From NCBI GenBank assembly GCA_037441385.1, contig JBBISH010000031.1, positions 1 to 52,880 of the forward strand: a stretch of DNA of 52,880 bases. The letters are read 5' to 3'. The DNA comes from Myxococcales bacterium. Its GTDB lineage: Bacteria > Myxococcota_A > UBA9042. The number at the start of each line of letters is the position of its first letter. Position 1 is the first letter of the stretch. The position numbers and the translations under genes were made by a program. The notes under the pieces were generated by a model. That model searched no databases and was not told the origin of the DNA. It saw only the letters and a program-made list of their open reading frames with translations. Shown piece after piece: positions 40,305 to 48,129 of this stretch.

Positions 40305-40456
40305 ATTGCAGATCAATCAAGACTTTCTGTGCGCGTCCGAACCTGGGTCATGTGCACCGCGAGTCGCCGCATGCGCTCGCCTGCGCCCCACTTGGGGCAA
40401 GTGACGCAGCCGAGCGATTCGATTGCTGAACAAAGACGCAGGAATGGGTCGCGGCT

Positions 40457-40702
40457 CTAATACGGTGCGCGATCGAGGACGTACTTCAGTTCGTGCAGCG
40501 TCGGGTAGGCCGTGTCACGGAAGATCACTTCGTCGCCGGCGGCGAACCCCTTGTCCTTCAGCTTGGTCAGTAGGCGGTCCGCGACCACCGTCGCCGTGGC
40601 CTCGTCCTTGCAGATGGCGTCGCCCTGCCGCTCCGAGGCGGCCCAGACCCAGCCCGAGAACTTGCCGTACTGCTTCTTGATATCGCACTTGTAGGTTGCC
40701 AT
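40457..40702 (-). CDS. Small hypothetical protein (81 aa)
   Basis: GGAGG RBS, GC3-rich codons, protein-like composition. Confidence 0.7.
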   Translation of the reverse strand: MATYKCDIKKQYGKFSGWVWAASERQGDAICKDEATATVVADRLLTKLKDKGFAAGDEVIFRDTAYPTLHELKYVLDRAPY

Positions 40703-40867
40703 CGTCGGTTGCCTCCGCGGTCGCTCTGGTTGGTGCCCTGTCCGTGGTGGATGTTCGTTTGGGTTGGCCGGCTGCCTAGCCCACTGTGGCCTGCCGCCGG
40801 CTCCACGCAGTGCCGCATCCTAGCATTGCCAGCGAGGCCGACAAGCCGGACCGCGCAAGAGGCATTC

Positions 40868-40896
40868 TTGACGCCGCAATCCGCAACGAATATGGT
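40868..40896 (+). promoter_or_regulatory. Sigma70-type promoter upstream of the lipoprotein gene
   Basis: TTGACG-N17-TATGGT. Confidence 0.55.
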
Positions 40897-41039
40897 ACAA
40901 GATCGTGTCGTCGCGTTTGCGACACGAGGCTGCCGGCAACGGCGCGCAACCCCTTCGCCCAACACAGGGTTCCCCGGCGATTTCGGTGCCGGTCCAGGGA
41001 CCGCAGCATTGGGACCGCAAGTGCAGTGAGGAGTAAGTC

Positions 41040-42146
41040 ATGAAGCGTTATCTGAATCCGGCTCTGGCCGCTGCGGGTCTGTGCGCCGCCTTGGCCTTCG
41101 CCGGTTGCGACTCGGGCACCGGCTCGACCAACACCAGCAGCGCCGCCGACACCACCCAGGGTGGCACGGACACCAAGGTCACCGACACCACCAAGGCCGA
41201 CACCGCTGCCCCCGACACCAGCACCGGCGGCGGCGACACGACCACCACCGACACTGCCAAGACGGACACCGCCAAGACGGACACCGCCGACACCACGTCG
41301 TCGGTTTGTGATCCCGCGTGCGCCGCTGGCAAGTACTGCGATCTGACCGCCAAGCCCCCGGTTTGCAAGGACATGACCTGCAAGCTGCCCGACAAGTTTG
41401 GCGCCACCACCCAGAAGGCCAGCAAGCTGGAGTTGCCGGGCGCCGGCAGCGGCTGCGACCTGAACGGCGACGGCAAGCCGGACAACGCCCTGGGCAGCGG
41501 CCTCGCGATGCTGCTGGGCCAGGCCAACGACGCCCTGAAGAAGACGATGACCGAAGGCAAGCTGGTCATCCTGATGAACACCGACACCTTCAAGTCGGAC
41601 GGCAGCGCCTTCAGCATGGACATGCTGATCGGCGATCCCGACGCCAGCAACGCGACCTGCGACTTCACGTCGGACAGCGCGAACTGCAAATACACCGTCT
41701 CGCCCAACAGCTACGACATGACCTCGGCCGCCGCGACTTGCCCGGCGCTGATCAACTTCCCCAACGCCAAGGTCACCGGCGGCAAGCTGAGCGGCGGCGG
41801 CGCCAACCAGAAGTTCACGCTGAACCTCCCCGTGGCGGGCGTGGCCCTGTCGCTGACGATCACCCAGGCTCAGATCCAGGGCGACGTCAAGGGTGCATGG
41901 GATTCGACCAGCAACGGCCAGATCTGCGGCGTGCTGACCAAGTCGGACCTCGAGAAGGCCATCAACTCGGTGCCGGATGAGCAACTCGCCGGTATTGGCA
42001 TGGACAAGGCCACGGTGATCCAGCTGTTCAACAGCATGGTGACGCCGGACTTCTCGACCACCGGCGGCGCCAACGACGCCTACTCGGTCGCGATCTCGTG
42101 GGAGTCGGTCAAGGGCCAGATCACCGGCATGACCCCGGCGAAGTAG
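41040..42146 (+). CDS. Secreted lipoprotein, Cys-containing, with Thr/Asp-rich linker
   Basis: Lipobox FAGC, low-complexity DT linker, DLNGDGKPD Ca-binding-like loop; GAGGAG RBS; strong codon bias. Confidence 0.85.
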   Translation: MKRYLNPALAAAGLCAALAFAGCDSGTGSTNTSSAADTTQGGTDTKVTDTTKADTAAPDTSTGGGDTTTTDTAKTDTAKTDTADTTSSVCDPACAAGKYCDLTAKPPVCKDMTCKLPDKFGATTQKASKLELPGAGSGCDLNGDGKPDNALGSGLAMLLGQANDALKKTMTEGKLVILMNTDTFKSDGSAFSMDMLIGDPDASNATCDFTSDSANCKYTVSPNSYDMTSAAATCPALINFPNAKVTGGKLSGGGANQKFTLNLPVAGVALSLTITQAQIQGDVKGAWDSTSNGQICGVLTKSDLEKAINSVPDEQLAGIGMDKATVIQLFNSMVTPDFSTTGGANDAYSVAISWESVKGQITGMTPAK

Positions 42147-42311
42147 TTCCGGATCCGCGCGGCCGTGGGCGATAGCGTCTGCGGCCCATCCGATCAGCTT
42201 GTGGCGAGGTGCTCGAAAGGGTGCCTCGCCACAAGCGTTTTTGGAATCCAAATGCGGCGGCTCTGGCCAAGAAAAAAGTGCGCAAAACGTGCACCGCGCC
42301 GCTCCGGCCGC

Positions 42312-42340
42312 TTGACACGTGTGGCGCACGCCGCTAAAGT
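42312..42340 (+). promoter_or_regulatory. Sigma70 promoter of the tRNA pair
   Basis: TTGACA-N17-TAAAGT. Confidence 0.75.
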
Positions 42341-42420
42341 TCCGCCCACGCCGCGCGGGACACCCACGGCGGGCAAGTTCCGAGCGAACTTTGCCAGCAC
42401 CAACCGGTGCAAATCGAGAC

Positions 42421-42493
42421 GGGCGAATAGCTCAGGGGTTAGAGCTTCGGCTTTACACGCCGCGGGTCGCAGGTTCGATTCCTGCTTCGCCCA
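42421..42493 (+). tRNA. tRNA-Val(TAC); CCA not encoded
   Basis: Acceptor GGGCGAA/TTCGCCC, D-arm GCTC/GAGC, anticodon loop TTTACAC, T-arm GCAGG-TTCGATT-CCTGC. Confidence 0.95.
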
Positions 42494-42541
42494 CCGTCGT
42501 TGATGCCAGGGTCGCACCCCGAATCGCCCAGGTACCGTCAT

Positions 42542-42618
42542 GGAGTGGTAGTTCAGTCGGTTAGAACGCTGGCCTGTCAAGCCAGAGGTCGCGGGTTCAA
42601 GTCCCGTCCGCTCCGCCA
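42542..42618 (+). tRNA. tRNA-Asp(GTC) with encoded CCA; probable integration site
   Basis: Acceptor GGAGTGG/CCGCTCC, anticodon arm CTGGC-CTGTCAA-GCCAG, T-loop TTCAAGT, 3' GCCA. Confidence 0.97.
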
Positions 42619-42637
42619 AGTGTTCCCGTTCATCGCG

Positions 42638-42673
42638 AAAGGCTCAGATTCCACTACGGATCTGAGCCTTTTT
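42638..42673 (+). terminator. Intrinsic terminator between tRNA-Asp and the convergent integrase (possibly bidirectional)
   Basis: AAAGGCTCAGATTC-cactac-GGATCTGAGCCTTTTT. Confidence 0.85.
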
Positions 42674-42731
42674 CGCTTGAACGCCGGTCGCCCTCCTTTT
42701 GCGTTGGTGGTGGTGTCCGATGGACGTTGAG

Positions 42732-43742
42732 TTAGCGGCGCCGCCGGTCCCCGCCGGCTGCGACGCGCAGGTCAAGTTGGTTGAGCGCCGGCTGCGCCTC
42801 GGGCGAGCCGATGTAGTGCTTGCGGGCGGTGCGGCCGGCGTCGGCGTGGCCGAGCAGGCGGCCCACATCCGGGGCTTGCAGGCCGCCCAGCTCGGCGCAC
42901 AGGGAGGCGTAGGTGTCGCGCAGCCCGTGGGGGCTGACCGGGTCCAGACCGGCGGCGGCACACACGCGGATGACCAGCTTTTCCAGCCACGAGCTGTGGC
43001 GCATCAGCGACTGGCCCGCCTTGGGCCGGGGCCGGGCGAACACGAGCGCGGTCGCCGGCAGGTCCAGCACCAGCGCGGTCAGCTCGGGCCGCAAGTCGCG
43101 CGGCAGGCCCACGGTGCGGCGGCTGCTGGCGGTCTTGACGTTCCAGCCGTCGTCGCCATCGGCGGCGCAGGGGCGCACCCACAGGCGGCCCAGCTCCAGG
43201 TCGATGTCGGCGGCGCGCAGGTTGCGGACCTCGCCGCTGCGCATGCCCGTCAGCAGGGGCAGCTGGGCAGCGACGCGCTCGGCCAGGTCGCAGAGCTGGT
43301 TGCAGGCCTTGAGGTAGCGCTCCACCTCGCCGACGTTGCGGAGCTGCCGCTTGCCGCGGCCGATCAGCGCCGCCGCCTTGCGCCCGCACCAGGGCAGGTC
43401 TTCCTTGTCGATGGCCTTGGCCGGGTCCTGGGCGAGCAGGCCGCGCCGCCACGCCCAGTTGAGGAACTCGCGCACGCTGTGGTAGCGGCTGCGCTGGGTG
43501 GCCAGGGCCAGGTGGGCGACGGCCCCCAAGTAGCGGTACAGAAACGCGGTATCGACCGAGCTGACCGGCGCTCGGGGCGCCAGCAGCGCGAACTGGCCCA
43601 GGTCCAGCTTGCCGGTGCGGTTGACCGTGCGCTCGCTCCAGCGGCCCCGGCTGACCTTGAACTCGATGAAGGCCGCGACCGCCAGGTCGAGCTGCATCGC
43701 CGGGCTCAGAGCGATCGGGGTTTTGGGGAGCAGGTCGGTCAT
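42732..43742 (-). CDS. Tyrosine recombinase / phage integrase
   Basis: Complete catalytic set: TGMRSGE (R), VKT (K), HGLRDT (HxxR), LLGHA (H), KHY (Y); GAGGA RBS. Confidence 0.93.
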   Translation of the reverse strand: MTDLLPKTPIALSPAMQLDLAVAAFIEFKVSRGRWSERTVNRTGKLDLGQFALLAPRAPVSSVDTAFLYRYLGAVAHLALATQRSRYHSVREFLNWAWRRGLLAQDPAKAIDKEDLPWCGRKAAALIGRGKRQLRNVGEVERYLKACNQLCDLAERVAAQLPLLTGMRSGEVRNLRAADIDLELGRLWVRPCAADGDDGWNVKTASSRRTVGLPRDLRPELTALVLDLPATALVFARPRPKAGQSLMRHSSWLEKLVIRVCAAAGLDPVSPHGLRDTYASLCAELGGLQAPDVGRLLGHADAGRTARKHYIGSPEAQPALNQLDLRVAAGGDRRRR

Positions 43743-43775
43743 GGGTTCCTCGTGCGCTCGGCGGTCGCAGGTGAA

Positions 43776-44120
43776 TCAGGCAGCGGCCGCGCGGGCCTGG
43801 TTGCCGGCGTTGCCGGTGTAGCGCTCGTGCCGGCCGGGAAGCTCGGGGCTCTTGGGCAGCACCTTGTCCACGTCGCGGTAGGCCACGCCCAGGACCAGGC
43901 AGGCCGCAGCGCGCAGCAGCGACTGCTGGCGCCACAGGCGCTGGGCGGCCGGCGAGCCCGTGCAACTGGTGACCCGCAGCGTGGGGCAGTAGCAGGTGCC
44001 CGGCCAGCTTCGCCACGTGGGGCTGATTCCCTCGAGCACGGCGCGGGCCTGGTCGACCGTGAGGGTCGGCAGCAGCGGCAGCTGGTTGAGCGGCGCGGGC
44101 GGGGTCGGCTGGGTGCGCAT
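43776..44120 (-). CDS. Phage hypothetical protein (114 aa)
   Basis: GGAGG RBS; co-oriented between the wHTH-like gene and the integrase. Confidence 0.65.
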   Translation of the reverse strand: MRTQPTPPAPLNQLPLLPTLTVDQARAVLEGISPTWRSWPGTCYCPTLRVTSCTGSPAAQRLWRQQSLLRAAACLVLGVAYRDVDKVLPKSPELPGRHERYTGNAGNQARAAAA

Positions 44121-44153
44121 GGTGGCCTCCGTAGGGGAGTGGCTTGGGGTTGG

Positions 44154-44573
44154 CTAGGCGCACACCGTATCCGTCATCCCGAACTGGCGAGCGTACGGCT
44201 GCAGCTCGGCCTCGGCGACGCTGCGCGCCTTGCACACCGGAAGATCGCGCAAGCCATTGAGCCGGAAACAAACGTGCTCTCGACGCCGCGGCGCGTACAT
44301 GGAGTCCAGCTGATTCCATCCGACCAGGTAAGCCAGCCCAACTTCGGGCGACCACGCGATGACGCCGCGGCTCTCCAGTTCGCGCAGGCTGGCAACAACC
44401 TCGTCGCGGGCCTGCGTCGAGCGCGTGAGTGCCTCGGACAGCAGGTCGGGCGTTGCAATGACCGTTCCGTCTGCTCGGGACGAGATGTAGCGAAAGTACA
44501 TGTACATCGACCTGGACATGAGCGTTTTCAGTCCCAAGGTCCGCAGGTGCTTTTCGCGTTCACTGAGCTTCAT
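44154..44573 (-). CDS. Phage protein resembling the N-terminal winged-helix of replisome-organiser/initiator proteins
   Basis: Y..ISSRADG.V....LL....EV..SLREL..RGVI....LAYLVGW pattern (recalled resemblance only). Confidence 0.5.
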   Translation of the reverse strand: MKLSEREKHLRTLGLKTLMSRSMYMYFRYISSRADGTVIATPDLLSEALTRSTQARDEVVASLRELESRGVIAWSPEVGLAYLVGWNQLDSMYAPRRREHVCFRLNGLRDLPVCKARSVAEAELQPYARQFGMTDTVCA

Positions 44574-44602
44574 GACATACCACCAAGGTTGAGGTTAAAC
44601 CG

Positions 44603-44899
44603 ATGAACACTACTGAACTACGCCGCCGAATGAATCTGTTCATCGCCGGCAAGGACTTGGATGACGCTGAGATGTACCCGGCCGCTGCGCCGGACCTGCT
44701 GACCTACGGGCTTGAGGAAGCGGGAGACCTGCTTGGCGTCTCGTTCCGCGAGACCCGAGAGGTTCGGCTGATGGTCGCCTGCGGCGCGCTCCAGGGCGTG
44801 CGCGGGCCGGGAGGGCATCACGCAGTGCGCGGCAGGGAAGTCGACGCCATCAACGGCATCCGCCGGACCCGGATTCGGGAGCGTGGCGGCGCGGCGTGA
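44603..44899 (+). CDS. MerR-like/excisionase (Xis/BldC-type) HTH protein
   Basis: YGLEEAGDLLGVS...VRLMVACGAL.GVRGPGGHHAV..REV; GAGGT RBS. Confidence 0.6.
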   Translation: MNTTELRRRMNLFIAGKDLDDAEMYPAAAPDLLTYGLEEAGDLLGVSFRETREVRLMVACGALQGVRGPGGHHAVRGREVDAINGIRRTRIRERGGAA

Positions 44900-44941
44900 G
44901 GGCTGGGAGCGGTCGAGCACTGGTTGCCTCCTGGTGACCCC

Positions 44942-44970
44942 AGGATGCGCCGGTCCGTTCCGGGTGTCAA
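44942..44970 (-). promoter_or_regulatory. Leftward sigma70 promoter
   Basis: Minus strand TTGACA-N17-CATCCT, followed by AGGAGG and a GTG at 44920. Confidence 0.6.
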
Positions 44971-45002
44971 TACCTTTAGTCCTGCGCGAATGGCATGGAC
45001 GC

Positions 45003-45011
45003 TGCTATACT
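45003..45011 (+). promoter_or_regulatory. Extended -10 promoter of the tandem-HTH gene
   Basis: TGcTATACT just upstream of GGAGGT RBS and ATG 45026. Confidence 0.5.
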
Positions 45012-45025
45012 TGCTGGAGGTGGCC

Positions 45026-45511
45026 ATGGCGGCCGATGACAACAAGCAATCCATGACCGAGTTCTTTCAATCAGTGGGCTTTGTTACGGTCGTTCAAGCA
45101 GCTGAGCGCACTGGCGTGGCCCACCAGAAGATCTCGCAATGGGCCCGCACCGGCGAGATCACCGCGAAGTTCGTTGGCCGCCAAGCCGTTCTGCCCGAGT
45201 GCGCCATCGAAGAGATCCAGGCGATCGCGGCGAACTGGACGGGCGAAAACGATGGACGCAAGGCCAACGTCTACAAAAGCGTCCTGCGCGAGCAACTCGC
45301 CGACTTCTTGACCCTGACCGACGCCGCGCCGCTGGTGGAGCGGGACGCGATGACTCTGCGCCGCTGGATTGCCTCCGGGAAGCTCGACGGCTACCGGTTC
45401 GGGCGGCATCAGGTGTTTGTCAAGCGCTCGGATATTGAGGAGATTCGCGCGAACGTGGCGGCGGGTCGCGGGCCGTTCGAGCGGGCGGAGTCGAGCGGGC
45501 GGGAGCCGTGA
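45026..45511 (+). CDS. Tandem excisionase-type (HTH_17) DNA-binding protein
   Basis: Two domains: FVTVVQAAERTGV...ISQWARTGEI.AKFVGR and FLTLTDAA.LV....TLRRWIASGKL.GYRFG..VFVKRSDI. Confidence 0.85.
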   Translation: MAADDNKQSMTEFFQSVGFVTVVQAAERTGVAHQKISQWARTGEITAKFVGRQAVLPECAIEEIQAIAANWTGENDGRKANVYKSVLREQLADFLTLTDAAPLVERDAMTLRRWIASGKLDGYRFGRHQVFVKRSDIEEIRANVAAGRGPFERAESSGREP

Positions 45512-45771
45512 TCACGAAACCGGGCTTGCGTGGGGAAGGCGTAGCAAGCCTGGGCAATCGTTGACAGAATAGCGTTTGGCGGCATTGGGGTGGACTAGTG
45601 GGGGCGGGGCCTGGTCGTTGCTGGTTGCCGCGTGGTGCCCGCGAGCGCCGGCAAAAAGACACCGGCCGGCCACCGTGTGGGGCAGCCGGCCGGGTCCTTC
45701 TGGTTCCGCGGCGATCAACGCGGCGGGCCCGGCCGTGACCGGGCAACTGGTCGCCATAGCATGGCGATTAC

Positions 45772-45864
45772 CTAACCCTTTTTGGCGTGAATCGGATAGA
45801 CCTTGCCGTTCTTGTTGGTCCGGAAACCAATCGGAACGCGGTCGTCCACCTTGGCATTGGCCAT
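45772..45864 (-). CDS. Putative 30-aa basic microprotein
   Basis: GAGGTG RBS 5 nt before ATG; MANAKVDDRVPIGFRTNKNGKVYPIHAKKG. Confidence 0.5.
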   Translation of the reverse strand: MANAKVDDRVPIGFRTNKNGKVYPIHAKKG

Positions 45865-45995
45865 CGGTGCACCTCGATTTTCAGGGCCCTCGCCGAGTCG
45901 AAGCGAGAGATTTCTTGAAAAACCGGGCGAAACATGCCAAGGTCCGGGCTCTGAGCTTTTTGGGACCTCGTCTCTGACACTTCCCCTCGAGCACT

Positions 45996-46034
45996 GTGAC
46001 GGCCGCTGCTCCAACAGCGGCCGTCATGCTTTTT
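45996..46034 (+). terminator. Stem-loop with T-run
   Basis: GTGACGGCCGCTG-ctccaa-CAGCGGCCGTCAT-gc-TTTTT. Confidence 0.65.
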
Positions 46035-46071
46035 GGGGTGTTCCCCGCTTCCAGGCCCGCGCCTGGCGCAC

Positions 46072-46518
46072 TTACGGCGTAGCACCTCCGAATGGCTTTT
46101 GCAGCTCGGCCGGCTCCTGGCCGGTCAGGCAGTACACCTCGCCCCGCTTCTCGAACCAGTTGGCTCGGCGGTAGACGGCGGCGCGAATGGTATCGTCCTT
46201 GAACCGCAGCTCTGGCCACCGCCGCTGAAACAGGCTGACGATCTCGACGAGTTCGAGAGGTCCCTCGTCGCGTAGCAGAGCGACCACGCCGTGTGACGCT
46301 GGCGGGCCAGCCAAGCCGCCTGTGGCAAGCGGCAGCTCCTGAGCGCCGGACGTGGCCTTGGTCGTGGCCTTCTTCGACTTGGTGTCGGCGTCGCGCTCGA
46401 AGTCCGGCAGATGAACCCGGATCTGGCTGACCAGGGCGTCGGCTTGGCGGCGAACGTTCGCCAGGGCCTTCATGGCGGTCGCGAGTTGTTCGATGTGGTC
46501 TGGCGTCAGCGTGGCCAT
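46072..46518 (-). CDS. Phage protein: N-terminal coiled coil plus C-terminal winged-HTH-like domain
   Basis: AGGAGG RBS; VVALLRDEGPLELVEIV...TIRAAVYR..FEKRGEVYCL. Confidence 0.7.
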   Translation of the reverse strand: MATLTPDHIEQLATAMKALANVRRQADALVSQIRVHLPDFERDADTKSKKATTKATSGAQELPLATGGLAGPPASHGVVALLRDEGPLELVEIVSLFQRRWPELRFKDDTIRAAVYRRANWFEKRGEVYCLTGQEPAELQKPFGGATP

Positions 46519-46536
46519 GTGAACCTCCTGGACCAC

Positions 46537-46585
46537 AGGATATTCCGCCCACCCATGACGCGCAACTAATTGTTTTCAATTAGTT
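46537..46585 (-). promoter_or_regulatory. Leftward promoter with adjacent perfect palindromic operator
   Basis: Minus strand TTGCGC-N17-TATCCT (46565-46537); palindrome AACTAATTG-TTTT-CAATTAGTT at 46564-46585. Confidence 0.6.
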
Positions 46586-46636
46586 TCCTATGCCGACGAG
46601 TTTTTACACGGGGTGAGACAGCGGTATGACGTGAGC

Positions 46637-46652
46637 CTGAACGCTCGTTCAG
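46637..46652. promoter_or_regulatory. Myxococcus-type LexA (SOS) box
   Basis: CTGAACGCTCGTTCAG matches 16 of 17 positions of the M. xanthus consensus CTRHAMRYBYGTTCAGS. Confidence 0.65.
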
Positions 46653-46722
46653 TGCCGGCCCCAAGACGCAACAGGCCCGCCACCACGGTAGCAGGCCTGC
46701 GCTCCAGGGTGCCCCGCCGGAG

Positions 46723-46992
46723 CTAGCAATGCCAAACAGTGCTGCGCGGTTGCAGGCTGGTGCGCCACAGCAGGCGGACCGAGCGCAGGGCGGTGGTGTC
46801 GGCGCGGGCCTGCAGCGCGATGACCTCCAGGTCGACCGGGGCGAGCTGGTAGGCGTGGACGGGCAGCGGCGCCGGCTGGGCCTGCACGGCCTGGGGCGCA
46901 GCGGTCTCGCCGGTGTCGGTGGGCGGCGGGGTGCGCTCGCAGGCGGCGAGCAGCGCCAGGGCGGCGCAGGTGATGAGCAGGGCACGGAGCAT
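46723..46992 (-). CDS. Small phage lipoprotein
   Basis: Signal peptide with lipobox LAAC; GAGGT RBS. Confidence 0.65.
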   Translation of the reverse strand: MLRALLITCAALALLAACERTPPPTDTGETAAPQAVQAQPAPLPVHAYQLAPVDLEVIALQARADTTALRSVRLLWRTSLQPRSTVWHC

Positions 46993-47590
46993 GGGCTACC
47001 TCGACGTCGGCCCGGAAGTGGGCGCCTGCCGAGCGTAGCGCGCCGCGGCGGCCGGACGCAGGGCAGTGGTGCCGGCGCGCCCGGCTGGGCCCGGACCTCC
47101 ATTCACGACGCGGTAGCCCGGAGACCGTACCGCAACTGCTGGTTTTCTCACCCCGTCTTGGGCTTGGTCCTGCGGTGCCCGACCGTGCCGGCAGGCACGG
47201 CCTCAGTGCGTCCGGACCGGATGCCCCGCGCAGGGCCGCTTTTGCCCCTAGAACCGTTTTGCCGGGTGCAGGGTGCGGGGTGGGGCGGAAAATGGCTCCT
47301 ACCCGGCAAAGCGCTCGCGCACGGGGCATCCGTGGGGGTGGGGCGCCGGAGGGGTCGGCGTGGTGAGCACGGCGAGCGCGGTTAGAACGACTGGAGCGTT
47401 GGGCCCGGCGGGCCAGCCTGGACCGGGTAGACCTGGGGTCGAAACTGGACCCTGCTCTACGCCGAAGGGGTAGGTTGGGTTTTAGGACAAGTACTGAAGG
47501 TAGGGAGTAGACCTAATTGACCTACGGGACCTTAACGCGCGCGCGCACGAGAGGGGGGTGGCGACACCCCCCCTCAACACCCTCCCTGAA

Positions 47591-47698
47591 CACCCCCGGT
47601 GTACAGGGGGAGTGTGCACCCCCGGTGTACAGGGGGGGTGTACACCCCAGGTGTACAGGGGTGGTGTGCACCCCCGGTGTACAGGGGGAGTGTACACC
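47591..47698. repeat. Four 26-bp tandem repeats (iteron-like), consensus CACCCCCGGTGTACAGGGGGRGTGTR
   Basis: Units start at 47591, 47617, 47643, 47669; TGT(A/G)CA core occurs twice per unit. Confidence 0.95.
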
Positions 47699-47940
47699 AA
47701 GATCGCACCTAAAGATTTCATGCACATGTCAAAAGATCTCCCATTTCGACTCGTGCTTCAAAGCTGCGCGGAGCTGCGCAGGGCTTCGCACGTCGACCTC
47801 TACACGGACACCCCAGCGGACCACCCACGCAGTCACGCACGCACTGACCACCTGAGCACCATGCCGGCGCGCAAACTTTTCGCGAAAGTTTTCGCAAAAC
47901 TTTTGGCGAGATCAGCACCAGATTGGTCCCAATGCCGAAG

Positions 47941-47982
47941 TTATCCCCAAGTTATCCACAGGATCATCAAAAGTTATCCACA
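47941..47982 (+). promoter_or_regulatory. Cluster of DnaA boxes
   Basis: TTATCCCCA (47941), TTATCCACA (47952), TTATCCACA (47974). Confidence 0.8.
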
Positions 47983-48129
47983 GGCTATCCGTGACGCGAT
48001 CCGTAACGATCTCAACTGCGATCTCAACGGACATGCAAAAAGCGAACTTCGGCCGTCGTCGGCCTGCAGCAGCGACGGCGCCCAGGCGGGCAACGGCCGA
48101 TAAGAGGCTTTATGTCAACTAGTTGAACG

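Noticed and set aside
42699..44606. Long + strand ORF (635 aa) and similar antisense ORFs such as 7201-9204, 21998-24070, 28609-30369 and 50336-52720
   Set aside because: Shadow ORFs opposite well-supported genes, expected in high-GC DNA
47591..47698. CRISPR array
   Set aside because: Repeats are contiguous with no unique spacers, and there are no cas genes in the window
47558..48103. 181-aa + strand ORF across the iterons as a Rep protein
   Set aside because: No N-terminal DNA-binding domain; the translation mostly reflects the repeats and DnaA boxes
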